Position numbers and translations under genes: made by a program. Under the pieces are notes generated by a model. That model did not search any database. It saw only the letters and a program-made list of their open reading frames with translations, and was not told where the DNA came from. DNA of 63,754 bases, the filler included, from Olpidium bornovanus S191 (Eukaryota > Fungi > Olpidiomycota), in NCBI GenBank assembly GCA_017911155.1. It is 31 parts of 31 records of this genome, joined end to end, with 100 filler letters (N's around TTAATTAATTAA, not from the genome) between each part and the next. Parts side by side here need not be neighbours in the genome. Positions count along the whole stretch, not along the records: positions 38,471 to 39,829 come from JAEFCI010004928.1; positions 39,930 to 41,456 come from JAEFCI010002339.1; positions 41,557 to 43,576 come from JAEFCI010005209.1; positions 43,677 to 44,734 come from JAEFCI010000528.1; positions 44,835 to 47,088 come from JAEFCI010001465.1; positions 47,189 to 48,663 come from JAEFCI010010512.1; positions 48,764 to 51,224 come from JAEFCI010001652.1; positions 51,325 to 53,066 come from JAEFCI010006831.1; 23 more parts are not named here. One strand, written 5' to 3'. This document shows positions 38,371 through 53,166 of this stretch, piece by piece. Positions within the stretch are counted from its first letter, which is position 1; each line of letters starts with the position of its first letter.

Positions 38371-38872
38371 NNNNNNNNNNNNNNNNNNNNNNNNNNNNNN
38401 NNNNNNNNNNNNNNTTAATTAATTAANNNNNNNNNNNNNNNNNNNNNNNNNNNNNNNNNNNNNNNNNNNNAAAAGCACAACTAAAAGCAAAAACAAAAAC
38501 AAAAAAACCATAAAATCGGGCGCCGAAAGGGTCTGGGAAACAAGAGGGTCTGGGAAACGTACGAGAACACGGTCGGCTTAACGAACATGGGCATCTCCGC
38601 GACGTCATCGCTGATGGGGAAGTCTTCTTCGTCGGTATACCTGAGCAATTGGTTAACGTAAATCGTTCAACAAAAATCGCGTTCGACAAAAACAACTACA
38701 ATGCGCACAAACAAATATAACGCGCTCAACAAACAAATATGATACGCCCGACAAGATATATTGCGCTCAAACAAATGATGCGCTCTCTCGCAACCCCACT
38801 CCCTCCCGCTCTCCTTCTCCCGCGAGCGACCCGTCAAACACAAAGACTAAAACGGAACCACCAAAACCTTAC

Positions 38873-39432
38873 ATGTTGTCGGACACCTTCCACCCGTACT
38901 GTTCGATGTGCTGGCGCAAAACATGCAGAGGGTTCCGCAGGTCGGAGCCCAGCGTCGAGACCGCTTCGCGCACGGCTTCGTCCAGCGACCACGTGACGTC
39001 GGGCCCGACGGTCGTGGCCGTCTGGACGGCGCGGAGCAGCGGGCTGGAGACGTACGAGACGAGCGACGGGCGGACATTTCCGAGCCAGTCGAACCAAGGC
39101 CGGAGGGCGTCGCGCAGGACCTCGGCGTCTTCGAAGCCGCGTTGCGTCAACGGCGGGTCGACCAAACTGAGGCGCTGGTGGCTGGGCAGGACACGCTCGT
39201 CGATCAGGTTCCCGGCGCCGAAAGCCCTCGCTTGCCGCCACATGTTCGCCTGTTCCGGGACGTCGTTGTGTTGCGCCTTGCCGTGGCGGAACAGAAGCAG
39301 CAGTTTGGCGCCGTTGGCCAACGCCGTTTGGAGTTCGGCTTTGGTCTCATCGTCGAATTCGCCTGCGTAGACGCCGGGCCCTCTTCCTGCAAGCAGGTTG
39401 AAACACGGTAGGAGGAGGAGGAGGGGGATGGT

Positions 39433-39523
<91 letters not shown>

Positions 39524-39718
39524 GCGGAAGGGTCAGCGTGGAGCCGGCGGTATCGACGGGGGCGGGGAAGCGACGCGCTCGCGGGACTGACCCCCGGCCC
39601 CGGCGGTGGCCCGGTCGTAACGGAAAACCTTCGTGTCAAGGACCAGGCGCTGGGCCAGCGCGGCCGACGCGGCCAGCAGCAGCAGCAGCAGCAGCGGGGC
39701 AGACGCGTTCGGGGCCAT
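38873..39718 (-). CDS. Secreted histidine phosphatase (phosphoglycerate mutase-like, Pmu1-type), 5' part
   Basis: Signal peptide MAPNASAPLLLLLLLAASAALA, then KLLLLFRHGKAQHN, LVDPPLTQRG, YVSSPLLRAVQTA, DLR. The intron contains a poly-G run. Confidence 0.85.
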
Positions 39719-40780
39719 GACGGAGTTTGGCCGGGGTGTTCTCAAGGAAGAGAACGGGGGAGTAATATTAGCCACCGACCCCGGTTACATTTTGTTTTTT
39801 TTTTTTTTTTTTTTTTTTTTTTCCCGGCCNNNNNNNNNNNNNNNNNNNNNNNNNNNNNNNNNNNNNNNNNNNNTTAATTAATTAANNNNNNNNNNNNNNN
39901 NNNNNNNNNNNNNNNNNNNNNNNNNNNNNCCTTTTTTCCCCAAACAAAAAAAAAAAAAAAAAAAAAGAAACCCCCCTCAGCCCCACCGCGACCACCCCCT
40001 CCCCCGGACACCGCCATGGCCGCCGGCGGCCCGCCCCCTCCGACGTAAGCGATTTCCGGTGCGTTTTGAAAACGCCTTAGCTCCCTCCCGGAACGACGCA
40101 AAGGCGCATTCTCGGGCACGACGCCGGTCGCAAGGGCACCCGCACACTGCCCTCCCAAAGCGGCACAGGCTCCGCCCTGCCGCCGACCCCGTAGCAGCTG
40201 GGAAAGGGGGAGGGAGAGGGGGAGGCCGGGCCCTCCGAGACGGCGTACCTGATCTGACAGCCAGCCGCGCGTTCCTCGGGGGGTGGCGCCAGCGCGAAAA
40301 ACAGCAGCGCGGGTCCGGCGTCGCCGGCGGAAGGCGAGGACGGAGGCCCCCTTCTACGTCCGGCGCCGCCGCCGTCGTCGTCGGCCGCCGACGACGACCC
40401 GGCCCACCAGCCGCCGGCGGGCGGCGTTCCCGCGCCGCCGACGACGACGCGCCTCCCGGGGCCGCTCAGCGGCGTGAGGGTCAGGCTTCCCAAGAGGCGC
40501 CAAGACGAGCCGGTGAAGCGGGAGGGGGGGGAGGTTGCTCAGTCGTCGCTTGCCGGGCTGGAGAAGGTTCGAGAGCTGAGGTAAAAATAAAAAATCTTTG
40601 CGGTCGCGAACGCGCGGAGGAACCTTTTTTTTCTTATTGGCGCGGGCGCGCCGGCGAGAACTCTAACAGAAAAGTCGAAATTTCCGAACCCGGGTCTCAT
40701 GCCACCCCCCCCGCCCCTGTCTGGCCTTCTCATTCCGACCTCCTTCCACCCACGCCCTTCCGCCAAAAATAAGAGACCAG

Positions 40781-41391
40781 ATGAAGCAGTTGAAAAAAGT
40801 CAAAACGGACGTTTTTGGAACGTCGCGAAGCGTTGAGCGGAAAAGAGATCTTGCGGAGTCTTATCAAGACGAGGTCAGGTTGCTTAGGGACGAGAGGGAC
40901 AAGGCGCTGGAGCGTTTGCAGGTCATCGAGGACGACCTTGCGGCGGTGAGCGTTTCGTCAGGGAGGGGCGTAATTGTCGGGCTGGAACGGCCGGGGGTAC
41001 CCGGTCCGGATAGAAGGAACCCCTGACTTGGCGGCACGACCTTTAATGAACGGGAATTAAACCGCATTTCCAATAACTTGTGTTTTTGTACGTGGAGCCG
41101 CCCCGAAGGCGACGGCCATGGAGGAGAAGCTCAATTGCGAACACAAGGAGCTGTCTGCCCGTTTAATCCAACTGAGGGACACCATCTACAACCCATTAAA
41201 AGGTGGCTTTTATGGGAGAACAGCGAACGGAATTTGCGGGCGCAAAGGGCAAAACAATATCCCTGAATCCAACTCGCCCCACCCCACACCCGCCCATGGA
41301 TATTTGTAGATAAGGTGGACGAACTGCGCGTCGCTCATGGGCTACGTCGGCTCCCGAGCCTGCAAGAAGATATCGAGTCCGAAGTCACCAG
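40781..41391 (+). CDS. Hypothetical coiled-coil protein (three probable exons)
   Basis: Heptad-rich segments EVRLLRDERDKALERLQVIEDDLAA / ATAMEEKLNCEHKELSARLIQLRDTIYNPLK / DKVDELRVAHGLRRLPSLQEDIESEVT are separated by GT-AG sites. I do not recognise the family. Confidence 0.4.
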
Positions 41392-41556
41392 GTGCGCGTC
41401 TCTTTTCATTTCCTGCTGCCTCCTTGTAAGCGGTGGCCCCCGTTTTGAACTCTTGCNNNNNNNNNNNNNNNNNNNNNNNNNNNNNNNNNNNNNNNNNNNN
41501 TTAATTAATTAANNNNNNNNNNNNNNNNNNNNNNNNNNNNNNNNNNNNNNNNNNNN

Positions 41557-43576
41557 CATGCTTCTGTCAGACAGGCTCTTGACGAGCTCATCGCATTGGA
41601 GGGAAATCAGAGGAAAGGTTGCCGAATACGGAAAGCTACACAGAATCCCGTTAATGGCCTGCTCCCGGTATTTTGTAATTTCCTTATACCCACGAAAGGC
41701 AAACGTAGCGGCCCAACAATCTTAGCAAAAGGATTTTTAGGCCTTCTGGAGTGAATCGCGCACAAAAGCTACGCAGTGTGAGGTTGTCCTCCCTCTTACC
41801 TCGATCTGCAGCTCAAGAGTGCGGTCGGTTTCCAGAAAACCCGTGACTTTTTCGTCGGCGCCTCCGTTGATGAGCGCCGCGAATTTGCTGTACTGAGCCA
41901 AGTACGCTTGCGGCGCTTTAAGATGCGCTTCAAAAGACGCCTTGATGCGGGCCCTGGCGTCAGCGACAAGAGAGGGGAACGTCTCCTCGAACTTCACTTT
42001 CACGCAGTTCTCCGGCTTGACACCGCTTCCAGGTAGCGACCTCCCTTGGACCGGCGGTATTCCGCCGGCCGCGGCATTGGCGGCTGCGGACGTTGCAGCC
42101 GCGATGGAAGCTTCGGAGGCGAATAGCTGCGTCTCTACCCGTGGAACGCGATCGGCAACAACCAGCAGCGCTTCCAGCAATGCTTCCACCGAAGATTGCA
42201 CCTCGGCTAGCGGCGGCTCGAACTTGATGGAGTTGCCGTCCACCACCAGGCGGATCAGGAAGTAGGCGTTTTTTGGCCCTCCCCAGCCGAAGCCCTCCTG
42301 GACGGCGCAGCTGCCGTCGATGCATTTTGGCACCTCGAACAGGCTGACAAACTCTTCTAAGCTCTGTGCCACAATGTACCGCAACTGGTCCGCCATGATC
42401 ATCGCGATCGCTCGAAAAAACATCTCCACGTTGTCCCTCGGAATCGTGCTCCACTCGTTCCGCTTGCTCGCTTGGTAGAAAACATTGAGAACTGCTGGGT
42501 ACCATGTAGTCATCAACCTCTCGTACGCCTTTTCGAAGCGCTGCTGCAGAGCCGTTTTCATCTGACGAAGTTCGTACACCGTTTGCTTGGAAAGCAGGGA
42601 ATCGACATCGACCAACCGAATTGTCTTGAACTTGTGCCAGATCTCAGTAATCCCCAGAATTATGGGATTGCTCACAAAGAGATTGGCGGAAATGAAGAGC
42701 AACGATGATCTGTACGCCGTCTGCCAAGTTCCGGTGGAATTTCGTATCCTTCATTAAGGAACAATACGGAAGGCCGGATCAATCCCTGCCCTCTAACCGC
42801 GTCGCACATTCGAAAGCCACCCACCGCACAAAGCTTTCCGGCGACTGCGATTCGGTAGCTTTGAGGTGCGAGTTGTCCCGCGGATCCTTCAAAACAAAAT
42901 CGACTTGAGAAGGAAGCACAATAATGTCATCTTCCTAGCACGCCGTACCGCCGGTTGGGAGGAAGCAATAGGAAAGAACTTGACGGTCGTTTGGGGCGGG
43001 AGCAGGCTAGATTGTGCGAGTACTGAGCGGAGAGTGCCGCTCTGAAATCTCACCGATTGCCTTCTTCACACTGAGCTGATAGTCTTCTCTCATCTCTGCG
43101 CTCAATGCCTGCAGTGTCACCTGGTTCTTCTCCTTCAGCCGTGCGGGCAACAGCTTCAGCACATCGGAAAGCCACGTATCGTCCATGTCCGCGACGTCTT
43201 GCGTGTCGATTCCGTTGGTGATGTAGTAGTAATACCTCTGCAGAATGTCCTTCTCTTGTTGGGTAGGTGCTCTTCCCAAAACCCCTTCAAGAGCTTCCTC
43301 GGCAGACGAAGCAATTCCGCCCGCCCAGAGCGGACCTTGCCTTGCAGACGTCAGCAACAAAAATTGAGCTTCGAAGCAGAAACTCGGAAAGGCAGGGAAA
43401 AAAAAAAAAAAAAAAAAAAGGAGTCCCGACCCGCTCGAATTGAGACCCACATCAGCATGTTGACGACTGCGGTCCGGAACGATTCCTTCTCCCTTTTCAC
43501 TTGGTCGCCGCTCTTGATTAGCCGCGTTACCCCCGTCGTGAGCTTTCCGCTCCCCTCGTGCTCATTTGCGACGGCC
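41557..43576 (-). CDS. DNAH7: Axonemal inner-arm dynein heavy chain (DNAH7-like), N-terminal region
   Basis: KREKESFRTAVVNML, QRYYYYITNGIDTQDVADMDDTWLSDVLKLLP..LSAEMREDYQLSVKKAI/VDFVLKDPR closely match the DNAH7 N-terminus as I recall it (RYYYYIHHGIDT..MREDYLLSVRKSIVDFVLKDPR). Confidence 0.85.
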
Positions 43577-44345
43577 NNNNNNNNNNNNNNNNNNNNNNNN
43601 NNNNNNNNNNNNNNNNNNNNTTAATTAATTAANNNNNNNNNNNNNNNNNNNNNNNNNNNNNNNNNNNNNNNNNNNNCCTCGTAGTCCACTCTGGCCGCAT
43701 GGCCGGCCGATCTCTGCATGCTCCTCCTTGTACAAAAAATTTCCCCCTCAATTTAGGGTTTGTTTTTTTTTTGAACTGCTCTCGCGTGGACGCGCTGCAG
43801 GCGTGCAAGAAAGCGAGACGTCCTCCCGCGTTTAGGGCTGGGAGTCTGGCAGGGCAGAGCGTTTCCTACTCTGATTCGACCCGCGCAGCATCTTCAGGCT
43901 GTTCCAATTACTTCGTTGCCGGCGCCAGCGCCCCTCTGCGGTACGACATGTTGCCGCAAGAACGCGGTATGTTTGATCCCAGCGTCATGCCGACCCAATT
44001 TCACCGAATACAATTAAATGAACGGTTGCAAAATGTCTTCGGCAATTTTTTTTTTTTTTTGGGGGCACTTTTTTTGAGGCCACTGGCTCGCATGTCGCGG
44101 TTGTGCCGGCGCGAGCAGCCGCCGGTCGTTGTTCCGATTAATTGGACGATGCCACGTTCTTACATGCGCCCTCTGAACAATGCGCAGAGCCTCCCCAGAG
44201 CCTCCCCCCCCCCCTGGTGCCAAATCCTCGGACGTGTGGATTTGCTCAGGAGTCACACATGACCAAACTTTCAATTTGCATGCCGGTTGCAGGCAGTCTT
44301 GCCACTGCGTCTCCGTAATTTTCCGGTCCAGGATTGCACCGGCCG

Positions 44346-44378
<33 letters not shown>

Positions 44379-44908
44379 CGCGTGACGATGGTCCCTTCCC
44401 CAAAAACCCAGTACCAGGTGTAACCTGGGGAAATGCAACCTGGGTATATATAACACTCACCCCCCCCCCTCTTTCCCCGCAATTGCCTGCAGGGGTTGCT
44501 TGTTGTGTTGTGAACCGTATGATGCGCTCTACGGGACACGTGACCATCAACGTGCTACTGCCAGGATGAGGAGCAGGCGTATCCGGCTTCCTCCCCTCTG
44601 CCGCGAACAGCAAACAAAGGAAGAGTGACAGAGAGAAGAAGAAGAAAAAGATAGAAGGGAGGGGGGGAAAAAATGTACGTAACAAACTGGAAGAGAGGAA
44701 ATCCCTGGTTCGCCGGGGAAGTTTCGCGTAAAAGNNNNNNNNNNNNNNNNNNNNNNNNNNNNNNNNNNNNNNNNNNNNTTAATTAATTAANNNNNNNNNN
44801 NNNNNNNNNNNNNNNNNNNNNNNNNNNNNNNNNNCCCACCCACACCGCCCCACCCCCCCCCACTGGGGGAGAAACACAAAAAAAAAAAAAAAAAAAAAAA
44901 AAAAAAGC

Positions 44909-44943
<35 letters not shown>

Positions 44944-45030
44944 CGGGAGGGGCAGGAGGGGGAGGTGCGTGGGGGGGAAGAAAGGGAGGGAGAGGGAAAA
45001 CCACCTTACGCCGCCGCCGGCGGAAAAGCG

Positions 45031-47081
<2,051 letters not shown>

Positions 47082-47188
47082 GTAAAAANNNNNNNNNNNN
47101 NNNNNNNNNNNNNNNNNNNNNNNNNNNNNNNNTTAATTAATTAANNNNNNNNNNNNNNNNNNNNNNNNNNNNNNNNNNNNNNNNNNNN

Positions 47189-48663
47189 CATGCCGCCGAA
47201 GCCCCTCGCTTGAGCTTTCGCCACTGGTTCGACCGGAACCGGGGATCCCATTCCGTCAGCGGACGCGGCCTTGCCGCTGCGTTCCGAGCTCGCGTAATAT
47301 TCCGGCACGCGCACACACGCAACAGCAACACCCACGATTATGCTGGGGGTGGCTTTCCAGGCCAGGGTAGATGACACTGTGCACAGTTTTGCCCAGCTGA
47401 GACTCCAGGTAGCGCGCTACGGCGAAAGCGTTCATCTGGTGCTGGTGCATCCGCAAATGCAATGTTTTCAAACCGCGGTTGGCCAGAAAACAGTCGAACG
47501 CGGAGGGCACGGCGCCGATGGAGTTCTGCAGGAACGTGAGCCGCTCGAAAAGGCTCTGGTCGTTGGTTACCGCCACGCCCATCACCACGCTGAGAAATTA
47601 CCACGGCGAAAAGGACAAAAAGAAAATAGTAAGGCGTCAACAACGTAAAGCCCCGAAACTGGAAACCACGGAGGCCGTCCCGTTTCACTTTTCACTCACT
47701 CCGAGTGCCCGTTGATGTACTTGGTCACAGAGTGAACGACCATGTCCGCGCCGTGATCGAGTGGCCTCTGGAAGAAGGGGCTCATAAAAGTGTTGTCCAC
47801 CACGAGGATCGCACCGTGCTGGTGCGCCAAACTGGCCACTTTCTGAATGTCAACGAGCCGGAGGGTGGGATTCGTGGGAGTTTCGATCCACACGAGCTTG
47901 GTGTTCGGCTTGAAGTGTTGGAAGATGGTCTCCGGGTCGGCCATATCGATGAAGTCCACGTCTATGCCCTGGTGCTTGGCCACCCGGGTGAAAAAGCGGT
48001 ACGTCCCGCCGTAGACGTCGTTCACGGTGATGAAATGCGAACCGGTCGGGAACATGTTCGTGATCGTGGCGCTTGTGGCGCTTCCGGACGAGAATGCGAG
48101 CCCTGAAAGCGCCGGGGCGGAGAGTCAACGATTCCGGACGCCTCTTTTTGGACGCGCGCGGGAAGATTCGAGACCCCCCCCCCCCCCCCCCCCCCCACCC
48201 CACCCCACCCCCTCCCCCCTGCCCCCAACCCGCCCTTCCCCCGCCGACGCGCTTCGAGGGCGGCGCCACTGGAGTGTCGTTGAGGGCTTCCGTACCATGC
48301 TTCGCGCCCTCCAGCGCAGCAACCGCGGCCTCAAACGCCTGCCTAGTCGGGTTCCCCGAGCGAGAGTAATCGAACTTGCCGATCGGCTGGCCGACCGAGG
48401 CCTGCTTGAACGTAGTGGACAAACTCATCGCGGGAATCACCGCGCCGGTGTCGGTATCGAAGGCCTGGGCGACGACGGCAGAGAAGCGTCAGCCGTGCGT
48501 CTTCGCAGCAGGGCCAAGCTCAGCAAAAAGCGCATGTTTTGGGATGCCAGCCGCGGGCGGCGCGGAAGGAATCCCGCGGGACGAAGAGCAAATGGGCGGG
48601 GGGGCGGAAGGGGGGGGAAGGGGACGGTGAAAGCAAGGGAGGCAAACAGCACGACCTCATGGA
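47189..48663 (-). CDS. CYS3: Cystathionine gamma-lyase (partial at both ends)
   Basis: TGAVIPAMSLSTTFKQ, DYSRSGNPTR, DVYGGTYRFF, WIETPTNPTL, VDNTFMSP, HSVTKYINGHS (PLP lysine), RGLKTLHLRM, GFGGM. Confidence 0.94.
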
Positions 48664-51324
48664 NNNNNNNNNNNNNNNNNNNNNNNNNNNNNNNNNNNNN
48701 NNNNNNNTTAATTAATTAANNNNNNNNNNNNNNNNNNNNNNNNNNNNNNNNNNNNNNNNNNNNACCTTCAAGGGCTTTTTCGAGTTCTGCAGCTTCGTAG
48801 TCCTCTGCTGCCTCTTTCGCAGCTCGCGTTCTCGCAATTTTTTCTCAACTCGGGCAATGCGGACCGGCAGTCCTTTCGGACATGCCCGGGTTTCTAGCAT
48901 GCACGACAATTTCCATCTGCGGGGATCACTAGGGCGCGCCATCGCCGCGCCGGGGTGTTGTCCCCAAATTTGGCTGGGTACCATAGTACCCCAGTCTACG
49001 GGTTTCCTTCGGACGTTGCGACAGGCGGTCCCCAACCCAGACGGCGGCAGGCGATGGTTTGCCAGCCTTCTTTTAGCACGAAGTTGCAGCCAACGCTCTC
49101 TTAACGTCTCCTAGCGACGTGTTGAGTTCCAAGGCTACCGCTGACCGCTCCCCCAGACACTTTCTCACCGTACGAAAGCTTTTATTCGAGAAAAGTCGTC
49201 CGTGGACGGTTGGGTGCCTATTGGACAATTGGGGAAATTTTAGGAGCGATTTCCGGTTTTTGAGATTTGCCACGGTTCCGCGCCGCCCACATCGGTCGAA
49301 CCACGTCCGCAGCCTCGCCTTCCGATCCCGCTCCCCTCTCCCCTTCCCCAACGGCCCTCCGGGCGAAACCTCGGCGCCGCCGCAGCGCGCCGGCAAGAAC
49401 TTCGAGGAGGGGGGCGGGGGGGGGGGAGGGGAAGGGGGGATCGTGGCTGCGGTCGGCGCAGCAAGCATCGCAATCGCAGCAAGATCCAGCTGGTGTCTGC
49501 CGCCGTACCCCGGCAAGCCCGCTGAAAGCGCAGGCCGGACGACTGGGAAAATGGGCCCCACGTCGCTCCGGCCGCGGTCCGGCGGCAGGGTAAGAAGGCG
49601 CGCCATTCCTTGGGCAGCGCCCGCTGAACGTCCAGGAAGACGTCCCTGCGACCGCCAGCAGGCCCCCCGGCTCACAAGCGCCTCGCCGGCACGGTTTCGA
49701 CGTGGGACCCCCGGGAGGCGCCTGGTCGCAAACGCGCCCGAGTGCTATGTGCGTCACCAGGGAGCGCTTTCCGACTGGGAAGAAATAGAGAGACGAGTGT
49801 TGAGGCAGACCGCCCGGGAGGCAGCGCGAGTCGCCGAACGGGAGGCCGCCCGCCGCGCATAGGAGGGACATTCCGCACTTTTCCCCCTGTCCGGACCGCT
49901 GTCATCGCGATGAGGTTCGAGGTAAGTGGGTTTGGTTGGTTGCCGGGCAAGTCTCTTTGTTTGTTTGTTGTGCTGTGTGCGCGGCGGCGTCAAAGGTCGT
50001 CCCGGCGGAGCTGCGTGCGTCGTCCTTCGTCATGGAGCTCTTTCGGCGCCAAAATACTCTCGGGAGTTTTGTGGCGGGGCCGCGTTGCGGACAAGAAAAA
50101 GAGTACGACCAGACCGTCACATGTTTCCCAGGTCGGTTCCAGCATCTTGGCTCCTGAGGTCCGCCGGCATACCGCGACACATCGGGAGCCTCGACCTGGG
50201 GCGCGCTTTCCGCAGGCGGCAACGCCAAACCTCGGCACCCAGGCCTATGGCATCCTTCTGCGGTCAGGCGAGGAATGATTTGGTTCAGTGGAACACCCGG
50301 GGGAAGACCATGCATCCTCCCCCCGGGCTCCTTAAGGCAGCTTCCGTGCCTTTCGGGGCCGGGACCGGTGTCAAGCCCGGATAAATGCAGAGAAAAAACC
50401 CACCGTCGTCTTATGTATGTATGTTCTCCGCATTTTTGATACTGTTTCGGGGACGCGACTTGCCCTAAGCCCCAAAAAACTGGGGAGAGAAAACTGTATT
50501 AAATTTTGTGGCTCGTATACCGGTGGTCTCTTATTGCGACCTACCTTCCCCCGAAAACGTCGCGGCGATTATGCTTATCGCACGTCAATTTTCTTTTCCT
50601 CTGCAAACAGTGCAGTCGCTGTTGAAGGTTTCCAATAACGCGCTTCCGCGTTTGACATAACTGCCTTACCTTTATCTTCGTTATTTTTTCCGCTGCATTT
50701 TCCGGAGCTTGGGTCCGTTTCCGGCCAAAAATGGTGTCGAAGGTGCATTAAGTATAACTTAATTCCTAGATTTCGCCTCACCGCAAACGAGAACCGGCCT
50801 AGCCCGTCCAGCCATCAAACGGCGGACTGCATTAAACCCGACAGGGCATTTTATCCACTCAGCCGACGAGGATCCCCTCGGCCTCATGCGAAAACCACGA
50901 ACCGGAACGACAGCCGGGATACGTACGATGCTCCAGAGGTTGTAGGCGACATATAGAGGTAAAGAAGGACGATCCATTTTTTAAATTTTGTTCACAAAAA
51001 AGTCGCTAAACGAGCGAACAATACCTCGACATGTGGGGGTCGGGAAAGTATACAGTTTAATAATATCATCCCAATCAAACAGCTTTGGAAAACCCGCGCG
51101 AAGCATGACATCAGTTTAATTACCAAAAACAGTCTGCGAGAAGAACAACCTGACGTGATCGACCTACCAGACGACACTTCAGGACCAGGACGACTTTGAA
51201 CTCGTCCTCTTGGTCGTCCTCCAANNNNNNNNNNNNNNNNNNNNNNNNNNNNNNNNNNNNNNNNNNNNTTAATTAATTAANNNNNNNNNNNNNNNNNNNN
51301 NNNNNNNNNNNNNNNNNNNNNNNN

Positions 51325-51366
<42 letters not shown>

Positions 51367-51480
51367 AAGAAAAAAAAAAGGGGGGGGGAGGCGCGGGTGG
51401 GTGCGCGGGACGCCCGCCCACCCCCCGCCCGCGCCGAAATCCTCCCCGTTCCCCGGCGGACACGATGCCGTCGGCCGCCG

Positions 51481-52379
51481 TCGCGCAGCTGCTCGCCCTC
51501 GCCTCGAGCTCCCTCTACCTCTTCTCGCAGCTCCGGCAGCCCGGCGTGTTCCGTTTCCCGCTGCACCCGCCGCCCGCCGCCGCAGCCGTTGCCGGCGGCG
51601 GCGGCCCGCTCGGCGACCCGGGGAACACCACCGGCGGCGGCGGCGGCGGCGTCCTTTGCGTCGCCGACGCCGCCGCGGCCTCCGGCGCCGACCCCGCCGC
51701 CCGCCGCCGCTGCCACCACCCGTGCGGCCGCTCGCTCGACCGCGTCCGCCCGCTCGAGCGCGCCCGCGGCGGCGGCGGCGAAGGCGGCGGCGAAGAAGAA
51801 CGAGGACGAGGAGCGGGAAGAAGAGGAAGAGGAGGAGGAGGAGGAGGAGGAGGAGGAATCGAAGAGGACGAACGTGGTGATCCGGAAGGAGAGCGGCAAT
51901 TCCAGGGAGCGGCGAGAATCCGCGACGGAAACGTGTGCGAGAACGTGACTTTCGCGGCGCCGGCGCCGGCGGAAAACGAGGAGCAGGAGGAGGAGGAAGA
52001 GGAAGAGGACCCATGCCGCGCCGCCGCCGCGACGGGCCGCGCGGCGCCCGGGCGCTCGGGTCCTCCGGATCGGCTCCGACGCGGGAAAATCGGCCGGCGG
52101 AGGAGGAGTGGGGGGAAGGAGGACGAGGGGGACGAGACGGAGGAGGAGGAGAAGGAGGAGGCGGCGGCGGAGGCGGCGAGGGAGAGGGAGAGGGAGGAGG
52201 AGGGGGAGGAGGAGGAGCCTCTCGCGCGCGTCCCGCGGGAGGGCGCGACGAACGCCAGGGCGGAAGTCGCGCAGTGGGAGGAGGAGAACGCGAGGGTGCT
52301 GCGGGGCACGCTCCTCGTGTGTTTTCTGCATCTGGAGGCGGCGGTAGTCGCGAAGATAATACACAAGATCAAGGACCTG
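51481..52379 (+). CDS. Hypothetical acidic, low-complexity protein fragment
   Basis: Glu-rich coding-like stretch ending AEVAQWEEENARVLRGTLLVCFLHLEAAVVAKIIHKIKDL before a GTGAGT donor. The frame is uncertain across homopolymers and I do not recognise the family. Confidence 0.3.
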
Positions 52380-52649
52380 TGAGTCCCCCCCCCCCCTCCC
52401 CCCTTCTTTTTCTCTTGTTCTTTCCTCTTTTTTTTAAAAAAAAAAAATAAAACAAGCAAAGAAAGAATAAAAAAAGCCAAGGGTTGGTATGTTGGTCTAT
52501 TGGACGGCCACAATCTTCGCGCGGAAACGATAAGAGAGAGTGATGGGGAACTTGGCGAGCAGTACGTGAAGAAAAGTTTTCGGGGGGGTTTCTGCATACG
52601 TGGGGGAAAAAAAAAATGCGAGAGACGCGTCAGAAGCGGAGAGATGGGG

Positions 52650-52696
<47 letters not shown>

Positions 52697-52961
52697 GGGC
52701 CCCCAAAAAAAAAAAAAAAAAAAAAAAAAAAGGAAAACGACTTTTGTCGGAAACAGTGCAGGTTAGGGAGGAGTCGGCGGAAGACGCCGATTATTTTTTC
52801 TTTTTTGGATTTTCCGTGAAAACCGGCGAAGATGGGGCGGAAAAGAAGAGGAAAAGCTTTAACTTACATTTTAACCCGCCGCGTGCGGTCCGAGGGTGGT
52901 TCTTTCTTTCTTTTTTGCCAAAAAAAAAGAAAAAAAAAGGAAACGAAAAGAAAAGGAAACG

Positions 52962-53047
<86 letters not shown>

Positions 53048-53166
53048 TAGAAAAAAGGCGGGGCGANNNNNNNNNNNNNNNNNNNNNNNNNNNNNNNNNN
53101 NNNNNNNNNNTTAATTAATTAANNNNNNNNNNNNNNNNNNNNNNNNNNNNNNNNNNNNNNNNNNNN

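Noticed and set aside
38873-39411. Plus-strand ORFs antisense to the histidine phosphatase
   Set aside because: They mirror a GC3-rich coding strand and have no independent protein signal.
48764-51224. Possible coding exons on this contig, and similarly at 1-1000, 1363-2053, 2154-3161, 14400-15682, 43677-44734 and 62561-63754
   Set aside because: Some stretches look protein-like, but I could not recognise a family or build a consistent exon chain, so no feature is called.
52500-53118. Poly-Lys and poly-Phe ORFs (also at 31582-31931)
   Set aside because: These are translations of poly-A and (AAAAAAG)n tracts.
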